DNA from: Patescibacteria group bacterium
Lineage (GTDB): Bacteria; Patescibacteriota; Minisyncoccia; Phycocordibacterales; UBA918
DNA: 64,000 nucleotides
Direction: 5' to 3'
NCBI GenBank assembly: GCA_019752815.1
Contig: JAIELQ010000003.1
Coordinates: forward strand, 18,722 to 82,721
Shown here: positions 9,880-19,597 of the stretch, piece by piece
How the letters are laid out: every line of letters begins with the position of its first letter
Numbering within the stretch: the stretch's first letter is position 1
The notes under the pieces: generated by a model
The model's database searches: none
Told to the model about the DNA's origin: nothing
The model's input: the letters and a program-made list of their open reading frames with translations, nothing else
Translations under genes and position numbers: made by a program

Positions 9880-10806
9880 ATGTACGATTTGATTATCATT
9901 GGCGGAGGACCGGCGGGAGTTTCAGCTGGCGTCTATGCCGCTCGCAAGCGCCTCCATACCCTATTCATTACCGCCGATTGGGGTGGACAGAGTATTGTCT
10001 CTGAAGATATTCAAAACTGGATTGGTGCCCCATCAATTCCCGGGAGCAAACTGGCGAGCGATCTGCGGGGACACCTCGAATCATATGCTGGTGATATTTT
10101 AACGGTCCTCTCGGGCAAAACTGCAACGAACCTCCAAAAACTAGCTGACGGGACTTTTGAAGCCACCACAAGTGACGGCGCTACTCATACTGCCAAAGCT
10201 ATTCTCATTGCCAGCGGTTCCGGACGACGTAAGCTCACCATTCCTGGTGCCGCTGAATATGAACATAAAGGTCTCACCTACTGTGCCAGTTGTGACGGCC
10301 CACTGTTTAGTGGCCAAGATGTGGTCGTAATTGGTGGTGGAAATGCCGGTTTTGAAAGTGCCGCCCAACTCCTCGCGTACTGCAAGTCAGTCACCTTGAT
10401 TCACCATAGCGATACCTTTAAAGCTGACGCTATCACCGTGGAAAAAGTGCTCGCCCATCCAAACATGCGCGTGATTAAAAATGCTGAACCAATCAGAATT
10501 GAAGGAGAAAAATTTGTTAACAGTATCACTTACCGAAATACTGAAGGAGAAGAAGTGACCCTCCCTGCCGCCGGTATCTTTGTTGAAATTGGCATGATTC
10601 CAAATACTGACTATGCCAAAGAGGCCGTCACGCTCGATGCCTATGGTCGGGTCGAAATTGACCCATGGACCCAAGCAACTACTACTCCGGGCATATGGGC
10701 CGCGGGTGACTGTACTAACGTTAAATACCACCAAAATAACATCGCAGCGGGAGATGCCGTGCGGGCTCTTGAAGATATTTACGTCCATCTAAAAACCCGA
10801 GCGTAG
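9880..10806 (+). CDS. trxB: Thioredoxin-disulfide reductase (TrxB/AhpF-C-like)
   Basis: GGGPAG, YCASCDG, GGGNAG, AAGDCT. Confidence 0.88.
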   Translation: MYDLIIIGGGPAGVSAGVYAARKRLHTLFITADWGGQSIVSEDIQNWIGAPSIPGSKLASDLRGHLESYAGDILTVLSGKTATNLQKLADGTFEATTSDGATHTAKAILIASGSGRRKLTIPGAAEYEHKGLTYCASCDGPLFSGQDVVVIGGGNAGFESAAQLLAYCKSVTLIHHSDTFKADAITVEKVLAHPNMRVIKNAEPIRIEGEKFVNSITYRNTEGEEVTLPAAGIFVEIGMIPNTDYAKEAVTLDAYGRVEIDPWTQATTTPGIWAAGDCTNVKYHQNNIAAGDAVRALEDIYVHLKTRA

Positions 10807-10927
10807 GACTTCCAAAAACGTGGAATTTCGTTGTTGTGGTGCTTAAATTTTTCCTCACCGTACAAGCAGTACGGCTCGAATAAATTTACTTCCACGTCTA
10901 GAACTTCACTCGTTTCTGAAAGTCCCA
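10804..10927 (+). repeat. ERIC-like palindromic element, copy 1
   Basis: Arms GGACTTCCAAAAACG / CGTTTCTGAAAGTCC; core TCACCGTAC-AAGCA-GTACGGCTC; begins at the trxB stop. Confidence 0.8.
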
Positions 10928-10944
10928 CCATATCTTATAGTTGG

Positions 10945-10982
10945 AAAAGCAAAAGGCATCCTTGCGGATGCCTTTTGCTTTT
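10945..10982. terminator. Intrinsic terminator
   Basis: AAAAGCAAAAGGCATCC-TTGC-GGATGCCTTTTGCTTTT. Confidence 0.75.
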
Positions 10983-11131
10983 GTACAACGTAGAGATTTA
11001 GATTTGCGCGCCCCGAAACCTTGAAAGGTTTCTAATATGGAGAAATTCACCACCACGCAAACCTGATACAATATTCTCACGGAGCAATAGGAGATGAAAG
11101 CTTTTTAAATAACGTTATTTTTCAATACGTC

Positions 11132-11199
11132 TGTGTATAACTAGTGGATAACCCCGTGGGTAAACAGTGGTAAAACTAGGTACATAAATGGGTATATAA
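11132..11199. promoter_or_regulatory. Tandem DnaA-box-like array
   Basis: TGTGTATAA (consensus match), AGTGGATAA, CGTGGGTAA, AGTGGTAAA, GGTACATAA, GGTATATAA at 11-13 bp spacing. Confidence 0.55.
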
Positions 11200-11283
11200 G
11201 TGACTCGTGCAGGTTAGTGAAATATCTCCAAAATCTTCTCCCGTTATCACAAATGATATAATCTACCGCACGTTAAAATTATT

Positions 11284-11370
11284 GGAAGAGTCGCATAGTG
11301 GTCTAGTGCAGCGGTTTCGAAAACCGCCATCGGGGCAACCTGATCGAGAGTTCAAATCTCTCCTCTTCCG
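11284..11370 (+). tRNA. tRNA-Ser(CGA)
   Basis: GGAAGAG/CTCTTCC acceptor, GCGGT-TTCGAAA-ACCGC anticodon arm, long variable arm. Confidence 0.93.
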
Positions 11371-11372
11371 CA

Positions 11373-11570
11373 TTATGTATGTTTGGTCACTTTATACTGT
11401 TCACCAAACTTCCACAACTGACGCCAGATTGGAGCGAGTTCTAATCCGCGTTTGGTGAGCGCATAATCAACATGTGGCGGTACGGTATTGCAATCATGCC
11501 CGACCACTATCCCATCAGCCTCTAATTCTTTTAATGACCGTATCAGCATTTTGTAAGTAACCGGAATTAG
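11373..11570 (-). pseudogene. HxlR-family winged-helix regulator, 5'-truncated fragment
   Basis: Translates KMLIRSLKELEADGIVV..VPPHVDYALTKRGLELAPI..LWKFG, the HxlR C-terminal half; N-terminal half absent. Confidence 0.75.
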
Positions 11571-11573
11571 TTC

Positions 11574-11846
11574 TTGTATCCTACCTGGATGACCGCAGCC
11601 TTTGCAGTGGGAGTTTTTGGAGGACTTATTGGTTCTCTTGCCATTACGTTAAAAAGTACATACTCGGTACTTATCCTCGCAGTCTCACTTACAGCCTACA
11701 TCCTACTCTATGTTGGAGATATCACAGAGGGTGTGTTTGAGGCCATGGGAACCCCACAAGTGGTCGTACTAACTATAGTAGTGCTGATTGCTGTCGGTTT
11801 ATGGTACTTTGCTCGATACTGTCAGAAAGCCGGAAAACTTGCTTGA
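11574..11846 (+). pseudogene. 5'-truncated membrane protein
   Basis: Starts mid-domain (PTWMTAAFAVGVFGG) at a weak TTG directly abutting the HxlR fragment; three TM helices. Confidence 0.55.
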
Positions 11847-11958
11847 TTTAAGCAAAATTTCATTACCCCCGAAAAAAGCTAGCTGGGCTAGCTTTTTTTA
11901 GCTTTTTTGGTATGATTGGGCGCACAAAGCGTGTCCGCATGCTTTAGCCAATAAAATA

Positions 11959-12033
11959 GGTCCCATCGTCTAACGGCTAGGACATCAGGTTTTCATCCTG
12001 AAAATCGGAGTTCGATTCTCCGTGGGATCACCA
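11959..12033 (+). tRNA. tRNA-Glu(TTC), CCA encoded
   Basis: GGTCCCA/TGGGATC acceptor, TCAGG-TTTTCAT-CCTGA anticodon arm, GTTCGATTC T-loop. Confidence 0.95.
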
Positions 12034-12307
12034 AAGAGAGAGCTGGTTCGAGCACTCGAGAAGCATCGAAACTATTAAACAAAAAACAGCTTCATTTTGA
12101 AGCTGTTTTTTGTGTTCATGGGATGTTTACTTCAAATTCTATTACGACTTTACTCATCTAAAGCTAGTAAACAAAGTTCTGAAAATGTTTTTACAATCAT
12201 TATGTTTAATGTCATAATCTTCTACAACAACTTATAATGTTAAGCGCTTTTATTACTATTAAGTTGTAACAGTGTGTTGAAATTTATCTATAACAGTAAA
12301 CAAATTT

Positions 12308-12676
12308 ATGTTTGATCATGTACAAGTAAAAGTAAGTGATTACAAAAAATCAAAAGAATTCTATGATCAGTTGATGAATGTTTTAGGGTACAAAGTAGTA
12401 TTTGAAATAAAGAATAGTGTAGTAGGGTATGGAACTAGTACCCATAACATGTTTGAGATTTCAAAAGTGCGTAAAACAGCTCCGCTCACTTCAAACGTTC
12501 ATATTGCATTTATTGCAAAGAATAAACTTGAAGTAGAAACTTTTTTTCAGACAGGAATTGAGTATGGTGGAAAAAGTAAGGGTAAACCTGGATTAAGAAT
12601 CTATGAACCTGGATACTACGCAGCTTTTCTTTTAGATCCAGATGGAAACAATATAGAAGTTGTTTGTATGGTTTAG
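12308..12676 (+). CDS. VOC/glyoxalase-family protein
   Basis: FDHV..VSD...SKEFY, HIAF, YYAAFLLDPDGNNIEVVC; very AT-rich. Confidence 0.9.
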   Translation: MFDHVQVKVSDYKKSKEFYDQLMNVLGYKVVFEIKNSVVGYGTSTHNMFEISKVRKTAPLTSNVHIAFIAKNKLEVETFFQTGIEYGGKSKGKPGLRIYEPGYYAAFLLDPDGNNIEVVCMV

Positions 12677-12804
12677 GATTAATCAAAATTTCATAAGTAC
12701 TGCATTCTGCTAGGTTGTAAAAGAGTGATTAAACCTGCTTACCCAAGCAAACTTAACTAAGAAATCTAGAATACACTTACAGAGTCATTAACGTGAGGTA
12801 CTTA

Positions 12805-12974
12805 ACCCACCTTGCCCGCCAAGTCGCGCTAGCGCGAGACGCGTTGGAATTACGCAACCATAGCTAGCTATTGCGTGAGGATCGAAGCCCGATTGAGCCA
12901 GATTGCGAGCTTGCGAAACAATCTAGCCAATTGAGGTACTTAAACGCTAAGTTTCAGTTATCCGCAGGTCACAG
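12805..12974 (+). repeat. Degenerate tRNA-tail element (Glu type)
   Basis: GAGGATCGAAGCCCGATTGAGC...CCAATTGAGGTACTTA resembles the core behind tRNA-Gln; flanked by decayed tRNA-Glu 3'-end-like sequence. Confidence 0.55.
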
Positions 12975-13063
12975 TTTTGGACGTTATTTGTATCACTAGG
13001 GAGGGTGCCAAAGGGAATAATCAGGATTTATTATATCTTTTTAAAATGTTTTATACTATTCAG

Positions 13064-13927
13064 ATGAACGCATTTAATATTTTGAATGAGTGGAAAAACC
13101 GACCATGTGTTTTGGCAACTATGCATAACAAAGACCGTGTCATTTCACCCCTACTACTCAGAGAGCTAGGTATCACCGCTACTGTTCCTGTCAATTTTAA
13201 TACCGATCAGTTTGGCACCTTTACCCGAGAAATTAAACGGGCAGGAAACCAGCTTGAAGCTGCCAGAAATAAAGCTCTGGCAGCAATGGAACTGATTGGA
13301 GTTGACCTCGGCATTGCAAGCGAAGGAAGCTTTGGCGCACACCCCGCTATGCCTTTCATTTCGAGCAACCTTGAGATTGTAGTGCTTATTGATAAACGTA
13401 ATGATCTAGAGATTATTGGGCACTATCGTTCTAGTGATGTATGTGTGCACGGACAAGCGGTCAAAACACCTGAAGAAGCAAAAAATATTGCTTGTTCTTG
13501 GGGATTTCCAGACCAAGGAGTAATTGTGCGTTTATCGGAAAAAAATAATCGGCACATATACAAGGACATTAAAACATTAGATGAATTAGATGCAGTCAGT
13601 ACACGACTACTGTCTAAATGGTTCGTAAAAAGTATTTTTATAGAAACAGATATGCGAGCCCATCGGTGCCCCAAACGTATGGAGTCAATTAGAATGGCGA
13701 CGCTTGACCTCATTAAAAATTGTAAAAGCACCTGCCCTAAGTGTGCCGCACCAGGATTTGTAATTACCGACACGGTCAAGGGTTTACTGTGCAGTCACTG
13801 TAACTTACCAACTGATTTGGTAAAAGAAACAATCTATTCCTGCCAAAAATGTAACTACAAAGAAAATAAACCAGCCATTGATACGACGTACGCTGAACCA
13901 GGAGACTGTGAGTGGTGTAATCCCTGA
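13064..13927 (+). CDS. DUF6671-like protein with C-terminal Cys-rich zinc ribbon
   Basis: LATMHNK, TDQFGTFTREIKR, ASEGSFGAHP, ETDMRAH, CPKC/CSHC/CQKC/CEWCNP; TATACT 6 nt before ATG 13064. Confidence 0.75.
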   Translation: MNAFNILNEWKNRPCVLATMHNKDRVISPLLLRELGITATVPVNFNTDQFGTFTREIKRAGNQLEAARNKALAAMELIGVDLGIASEGSFGAHPAMPFISSNLEIVVLIDKRNDLEIIGHYRSSDVCVHGQAVKTPEEAKNIACSWGFPDQGVIVRLSEKNNRHIYKDIKTLDELDAVSTRLLSKWFVKSIFIETDMRAHRCPKRMESIRMATLDLIKNCKSTCPKCAAPGFVITDTVKGLLCSHCNLPTDLVKETIYSCQKCNYKENKPAIDTTYAEPGDCEWCNP

Positions 13928-14181
13928 TTTACTATATGCATGTAGATTGCTGGAGATCATGTATAGCTTTAGACTTAAACACCTACACTGTGAATTTCTG
14001 AAAGCTAGACAAGGTCGGGCCGAGCACACTTTGCGAATTTAGACTGTGGCGAAATACTATACGTAATGATTCGTGACCACATACAACATTCCAAACTTTA
14101 TCCAAGACTTTGCAAATATACATTTTGCCCTAATTATTGACAAAACAAGATTTATACGTACTATATTTATGGCGAAATACA

Positions 14182-14436
14182 ATGGTTCTGAAAGGACAGC
14201 TCATGCTCATTAGCAACACTAACTCCCGCCTGGACATCCTGGCGACTGACGACATGGATTACGCCCTGAGCCGGATTCCGGCCGAGATTGAATTTTGCAA
14301 AAAACACCGGCCGCCTGAGACGGAAGTTGAAGTGGTGATCGTTGAAAGAAGGCGCCATTTCTCTTTTCGTGGCATCTTGGGCGATTGTACAGGAGAAGAG
14401 ATTGTCGCCCATCTCAAAGAAAGGATCGGGAAGTAG
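14182..14436 (+). CDS. Small hypothetical protein
   Basis: ATG at 14182 downstream of TTGACA at 14137; terminator near 14489-14518. Confidence 0.5.
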   Translation: MVLKGQLMLISNTNSRLDILATDDMDYALSRIPAEIEFCKKHRPPETEVEVVIVERRRHFSFRGILGDCTGEEIVAHLKERIGK

Positions 14437-14655
14437 GCTCAACGGACTACAGCTCTGCAAAGCTTACACATCATAATGTCCCACGAAGAAGCCCTGCTTC
14501 ACGTGGGGCTTTCTTTTTACACAATAAATGTTTATTTCAATCCCTCACAATCTGGTTCCAATTCCCCACTATTTAAGTTAACCATGAAATATAACTAGCC
14601 TAGGGAGACTCTGCCTCAGTCGCAATTATTCGGTAATTCTGCTAGGATGCGGGAT

Positions 14656-15222
14656 ATGATGATTACTTCAGCCAAATTTATAAAAGGTATTAACGGCACT
14701 GACGACTTGTTGTCTGACGGCACGCCACAAATAGCCTTTATTGGGCGCTCTAATGCGGGCAAATCAAGCCTCCTTAATTCGCTGACTAATAACAAAAAAC
14801 TGGCCATTACCAGTGACACACCCGGACGAACTCGTGAGTTGAATTTGTTTTTAATCAATGAAACACATTACTTTGTTGACTTACCAGGGTACGGCTATGC
14901 TAAAGCATCACGCGCGGTAATGGAGAAACTAGAGAAATTGATTTCCTGGTATTTGCTCGATTCTGACTATAATCCAACTGTTGTGTTACTAATAGATGCA
15001 CTGGTTGGACCAACTGCCGACGATGTAGCTATGCTCCATGAACTTGAAAAAGCTGGGCGAAATATTGTCATTGTAGCCAACAAAGTCGACAAAATTAAAA
15101 AATCTCACTATCAAACCCAGCTCAAAAAATTAAGCCAACAAATTCGTGGACATGAACTGTTCCCCTACTCTTCCAAAGCAAAAATTGGCATTACCGAATT
15201 GACCAATCGATTATTGAAGTAG
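14656..15222 (+). CDS. engB: Ribosome biogenesis GTPase YihA/YsxC
   Basis: GRSNAGKSSL, TPGRT, DLPGYGYA, NKVD. Confidence 0.95.
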   Translation: MMITSAKFIKGINGTDDLLSDGTPQIAFIGRSNAGKSSLLNSLTNNKKLAITSDTPGRTRELNLFLINETHYFVDLPGYGYAKASRAVMEKLEKLISWYLLDSDYNPTVVLLIDALVGPTADDVAMLHELEKAGRNIVIVANKVDKIKKSHYQTQLKKLSQQIRGHELFPYSSKAKIGITELTNRLLK

Positions 15223-15268
15223 TGATTGGATTCATAAAAGCTCCGACCTAGGTTGGAGCTTTTATTAG

Positions 15269-15757
15269 TTACGTCGTACTATTTTTAAATTCTTTTTGCA
15301 GTACTTTGATATCTTTGAGTAACTCAAGTGCATGATTGGCTGGGTCGACATCGGGGTACGCTTTGGCAATTTTACCTTCTGGATTAATTAAATATGAAAT
15401 ACGGTTGGTGCCTCGAACCTCTTTACCGTACATTTTCTTCACCACAAATGCCCCGTATTTATCCATCATCTCCATCGTTGGGTCAGATAGTAGTGTAAAT
15501 GGCAAACTATATTTCTCGGCAAATTTTTTGTGTGACTTTGGTGTGTCTTTACTCACTCCCAAAACAGTCACTTTAAGTCGTTTAAAATCTTTGTACACAT
15601 CAGCAATCATACAAGCTTCCTTGGTACAACCAGGGGTATCGTCTTTAGGGTAAAAGTACAACAGCATCCAACTACCCTTGTATTGCTTCAGAGTATGCAA
15701 TTCGTTATTTTGATCTGGCAAAGAAAAGGCAGGTGCGTTGCGTCCAATTTTTAACAT
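15269..15757 (-). CDS. bcp: Peroxiredoxin Bcp
   Basis: YFYPKDDTPGCTKEAC. Confidence 0.93.
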   Translation of the reverse strand: MLKIGRNAPAFSLPDQNNELHTLKQYKGSWMLLYFYPKDDTPGCTKEACMIADVYKDFKRLKVTVLGVSKDTPKSHKKFAEKYSLPFTLLSDPTMEMMDKYGAFVVKKMYGKEVRGTNRISYLINPEGKIAKAYPDVDPANHALELLKDIKVLQKEFKNSTT

Positions 15758-15866
15758 AATATAAAATGATTACTACTGTAGTATACCAATAAATTAACTA
15801 CAGCACCCTAAAGTTCACAAAAGGTATCCCCAGTCGTTCACTCAATTACCGTGCTACACTACTGCC

Positions 15867-16622
15867 ATGCTGAAACTGATTTCTGTAAATATGGAGGGAG
15901 AGAAGCACTTCCCTCGTATTCTCTCCTTGATACACTCTGAAAATCCCGACATTATTTGTTTCCAAGAATGTCCTGAGTCATTCAAAAATAATCTACACAA
16001 TTTAGGCTACCGGAGTGATTTTTTGCCTATGCGGTATTGTATCCAAAACGATGTGGAATATATAGAAGGTTTGGTTTTTGCGAGCAAGCTTCAGTTTGCA
16101 TCAATTCATAAATACTACTATCAACCGGATTACGATCTACCAAAACAACCAATCCCTACCCCAAAACCATCAATGCACCATGGGTACATCCTGGCGACTC
16201 TTGAACATAATGGTCAGTTGTATCATATTGCGACCACGCATGTCATGTGGACTCCAGACGGAATGCCCACTGAACACCAAACTCAGGGTGTCAAAAAACT
16301 GCTGAGCTTACTACAGTCTGAAAAAGCGCATATTATCTGTGGAGATTTCAACATGCCACGTAATGTAAATCCGTTGTACGAGGAAATTGTTAAAAATTAC
16401 ACTGACACTATCCCCCCAGAATATATGAGTAGCCTCGATCCAACGCTACATCGACTTGCAAAAGTGCAAGATCTTAACGCACCAATTTTTGATAGGTATA
16501 TGGTTGATTATCTATTTTCTAAACCTGACTTCGCTGTCACAGGTGTACGTTTACAATTTGGAATCTCGGATCATGCCGCCATTGTAGCCACTATTGCAAA
16601 AATAGACCCAGAACATCGCTAG
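15867..16622 (+). CDS. Endonuclease/exonuclease/phosphatase-family protein
   Basis: DIICFQE, ATTH, GDFN, DYLF, SDH. Confidence 0.88.
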   Translation: MLKLISVNMEGEKHFPRILSLIHSENPDIICFQECPESFKNNLHNLGYRSDFLPMRYCIQNDVEYIEGLVFASKLQFASIHKYYYQPDYDLPKQPIPTPKPSMHHGYILATLEHNGQLYHIATTHVMWTPDGMPTEHQTQGVKKLLSLLQSEKAHIICGDFNMPRNVNPLYEEIVKNYTDTIPPEYMSSLDPTLHRLAKVQDLNAPIFDRYMVDYLFSKPDFAVTGVRLQFGISDHAAIVATIAKIDPEHR

Positions 16623-16706
16623 CAATACTGGAGATATGTCACGGCATGTACCAAATAAAAAAGTCCTACTCGCACTGAGTAAGGACTTTTTCAAAACAGC
16701 TTGGCA

Positions 16707-16934
16707 TTACATGGTAACCGAAGACATGACAACATGTCTGCGCCATTCAATCCAGGCTTTACCTACTCCATCCCAATATGGAGTACCAGACCAGCCACAG
16801 GCACAGAGCGCCACATCACCATTATGTTCAGTATCAACGTATACATAATGTCCACGTTGTTCAGCAAAGGTTTCGAACAGCTTCCTTCTGTCGATATCTT
16901 GGTACGTAACCATGCCTAGGCTTGATGTCATCAT
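16707..16934 (-). CDS. Small hypothetical protein with CxCGW...H motif
   Basis: Strong SD GGAGGTG; lies just after glmS and is followed by a terminator at about 16658-16692. Confidence 0.55.
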   Translation of the reverse strand: MMTSSLGMVTYQDIDRRKLFETFAEQRGHYVYVDTEHNGDVALCACGWSGTPYWDGVGKAWIEWRRHVVMSSVTM

Positions 16935-16962
16935 TCACCTCCGAACAATTTCTGAGGCTACA

Positions 16963-18783
16963 TTACTCGACAGTTACCGACTTTGCAAGATTACGGGGCT
17001 GATCGACATCCAGGCCACGAGCCACCCCAACGTAGTAGGCAAATAACTGTAATGGGATAGTAGCAATAATTGGTTGCAATATCGAGTGTACTTTTGGCAT
17101 GTAGAGCACGTCATCGGCCAAGCCGTCTGCTCCGAGAGCTCCTTCGGTAGTGAGTAAAATCACCGGCGCTTTCCGCGCTCGGACTTCCTCGATATTAGAA
17201 ACCATTTTTGCATATACAGCATCCTCGGGAGCAATAGCAAAAACTGGAAAATCAGGACCTAGCATCGCAATTGAACCATGTTTTAATTCCCCGCCTGCAT
17301 ACGCTTCGGCATGTAGATATGACACTTCTTTTAATTTGAGTGAGCCCTCATACGCAATCGGCGCATGCAGCTGTCTTCCAATAAACATCATGTCACGCGA
17401 GTTGGCATACTTACGAGCTACAGCCTCAATAGCGGCCGTGTCCGCCAGCATCATTTCAATTACGTCAGGTAATCCAGCAAGCGCAGTAAGTATTTCTGAA
17501 GCCTCTTCTCCCCCCATCTCACGCTGTCTCCCCAACCAAACAGTGAGCAAAACAAACACTGTCAGCTGTGAAATAAAGGCCTTGGTCGATGCCACTGCAA
17601 TCTCTGGACCAGCATGGTTATATACACCAGCATCTGTAGTGCGAGCAATTGTTGAACCAACTGAATTTACAATACCCAGCGTTAACTGACCTAAATTTTT
17701 CGCCGCTACAATTGAGGCGAGAGTGTCGGCTGTTTCTCCCGATTGTGTTACCGCCAACACCGCACTGCTAGCATCTCCCAAGTTACGGCGATACCGAAAC
17801 TCACTGCCGAGCTCAATTTCAACCGGCAAACCCGCGTACTCCTCAATCATTAACCGACCCATCTGTCCTGCATAGTAGGCTGAGCCACATCCCACAATAG
17901 TTAATCGTTTAATCGTAGCTAATGTTTCAGCGACGTCTTCGAGCCCACCTAATTTCACTGTTCCTGCTCTCGCATCAATTCGACCACGGGTTGAATTACG
18001 GATGACTTCCGCAGCTTCATTAATTTCTTTGAGCATAAAATGGTCATAGCCATTTTTTTGTACCGCCGACACGTCGTGAAGAACAAGTTCCGGTGATTTA
18101 GCACGAGCTTCGCCAGCAATTGATGTAACAGTATACGTATCAGCCTCAATCACCGCCATTTCACTATCCTCTAAATAGATAAATTGATTGGTGTATTCGA
18201 GCAATGCGGACGGGTCTGACGCGACGAACATCTCTGTATCGTCCCCAACTCCAACTACAATCGGACTGCCCATCCTCGCCACGACAATTTGTCCAGGATT
18301 ATCAGTCGCCATTACCGCAATGCCGTACGTCCCATGTACCCGGGCCAGGGCTTCTTGGAGAGCTGATTTCAAATCTCCTTTATAGAGTGACGCGACTAAT
18401 TGTGCCAATACCTCGGTATCGGTTTGTGATACAAACTCGACACCAGCTTCAAGCAATTCATTTTTAAGAGCTTGGTAGTTTTCAATAATGCCATTATGGA
18501 CGAGCCATATTTTTTCCGCTGTGTCGGAGTGTGGGTGACTATTACTCACTGACGGTTCGCCATGTGTAGCCCAGCGGGTGTGGGCAATGCCGGCCGTCCC
18601 AGCAGATTGTTTGGTTTCAAGTTCTGCAACTAACGCGGCGACCTTCCCGACTGCTTTTACAGAACCTGCCCCTGCAATATACATACCGGCCGAATCATAC
18701 CCGCGGTATTCTAGTTTTTGTAAGCCTGAAACTAAAATGGGCGCTGCTTGTTTACTCCCCACGTATCCAAATATTCCACACAT
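16963..18783 (-). CDS. glmS: Glutamine--fructose-6-phosphate transaminase
   Basis: MCGIFG, EYRGYDSAG, HTRWATHG, C-terminal PRNLAKSVTVE. Confidence 0.98.
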   Translation of the reverse strand: MCGIFGYVGSKQAAPILVSGLQKLEYRGYDSAGMYIAGAGSVKAVGKVAALVAELETKQSAGTAGIAHTRWATHGEPSVSNSHPHSDTAEKIWLVHNGIIENYQALKNELLEAGVEFVSQTDTEVLAQLVASLYKGDLKSALQEALARVHGTYGIAVMATDNPGQIVVARMGSPIVVGVGDDTEMFVASDPSALLEYTNQFIYLEDSEMAVIEADTYTVTSIAGEARAKSPELVLHDVSAVQKNGYDHFMLKEINEAAEVIRNSTRGRIDARAGTVKLGGLEDVAETLATIKRLTIVGCGSAYYAGQMGRLMIEEYAGLPVEIELGSEFRYRRNLGDASSAVLAVTQSGETADTLASIVAAKNLGQLTLGIVNSVGSTIARTTDAGVYNHAGPEIAVASTKAFISQLTVFVLLTVWLGRQREMGGEEASEILTALAGLPDVIEMMLADTAAIEAVARKYANSRDMMFIGRQLHAPIAYEGSLKLKEVSYLHAEAYAGGELKHGSIAMLGPDFPVFAIAPEDAVYAKMVSNIEEVRARKAPVILLTTEGALGADGLADDVLYMPKVHSILQPIIATIPLQLFAYYVGVARGLDVDQPRNLAKSVTVE

Positions 18784-18842
18784 AAGTTTTAAAATATTAC
18801 ATAGCGTCTATGCTATATAGTACCGAGTAGCCAAAGAAATGG

Positions 18843-19574
18843 TTACACTCCTAATTTTTGTTCTAACGCATCAAAATATTTTTGAATATGGGGTGCGAGA
18901 TTCATCTCTCCCTCATCAGGCTCAAATTCAAACATACGATCTAACTCTGCATGTCCACCAGCATCAACCGTATAACTACCGGCATCACACATCCACATTA
19001 GTTTTAACAAAAACCAAAAATCTTTTACAGACATATTTGCTTCAACTGCTTTGACAGTAATCGATACTGCGGCTGCATCTGGGCCGGTGCGATTTTTATA
19101 GAGATACTCCCTAATCGGATCACTATTAATGAGGCTATTTGCAATTGCTTGTTGAGAGGCAGTGAAACCAAGTTGCGGTAAAATCTGATTGAAATAAACC
19201 TGATGGTAGGCATACTGATTATCAATTTCGCCAGCTGAATTTGCATCAGGTTTACCTATATCATGCAGAGCAAGCACTGTCTCAAAAAATACATTATCTA
19301 AACCGGCCGGAAAAGATGTTTGTTTAAAATACTTATGGTATTGCTTCAGAACCATCCGGGTGTGCTGCCCCAGGGTATATCCTTGAATCGTACCTGCAGA
19401 TTGCGCAAAAAGATGTCCAAAATCCTTTAAAAATAGTCTCATTACATCATCGGCGGTATGACTAGGATTATTCAGAACTGAATCAATATCTTCTCTGGTG
19501 ACCGTCACTTCAATCGTATCTACTATGGGCAATTTTTCAGCAGACGATGTGACTGCTTTTTTACTTTCAAACAT
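18843..19574 (-). CDS. HD-domain-like hypothetical protein
   Basis: H(TRMV)...LHDIGKP...D(AGSYT) arrangement. Confidence 0.6.
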   Translation of the reverse strand: MFESKKAVTSSAEKLPIVDTIEVTVTREDIDSVLNNPSHTADDVMRLFLKDFGHLFAQSAGTIQGYTLGQHTRMVLKQYHKYFKQTSFPAGLDNVFFETVLALHDIGKPDANSAGEIDNQYAYHQVYFNQILPQLGFTASQQAIANSLINSDPIREYLYKNRTGPDAAAVSITVKAVEANMSVKDFWFLLKLMWMCDAGSYTVDAGGHAELDRMFEFEPDEGEMNLAPHIQKYFDALEQKLGV

Positions 19575-19597
19575 CCGTATAGTATATACTATTAACT
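19575..19597. promoter_or_regulatory. Overlapping bidirectional -10 elements
   Basis: Palindrome ATAGTATATACTAT (19579-19592) gives TATACT on both strands, 6-7 nt from each ATG. Confidence 0.7.

Noticed and set aside
10981-11087. Ninth ERIC-like copy on the minus strand
   Set aside because: An imperfect palindrome is present but the TCACCGTAC/GTACGGCTC core is missing, so it was not counted.
12220-12730. Integron attC sites around the VOC gene (TACAAC...GTTGTA)
   Set aside because: One weak AT-rich inverted repeat, no convincing L boxes, no second complete site and no intI.
16900-16963. Tn7 insertion at attTn7 downstream of glmS
   Set aside because: No Tn7 end repeats or tns genes; only a small ORF and a terminator follow.
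18784-18842. glmS ribozyme
   Set aside because: Only 59 bp upstream, too short and lacking the conserved core.
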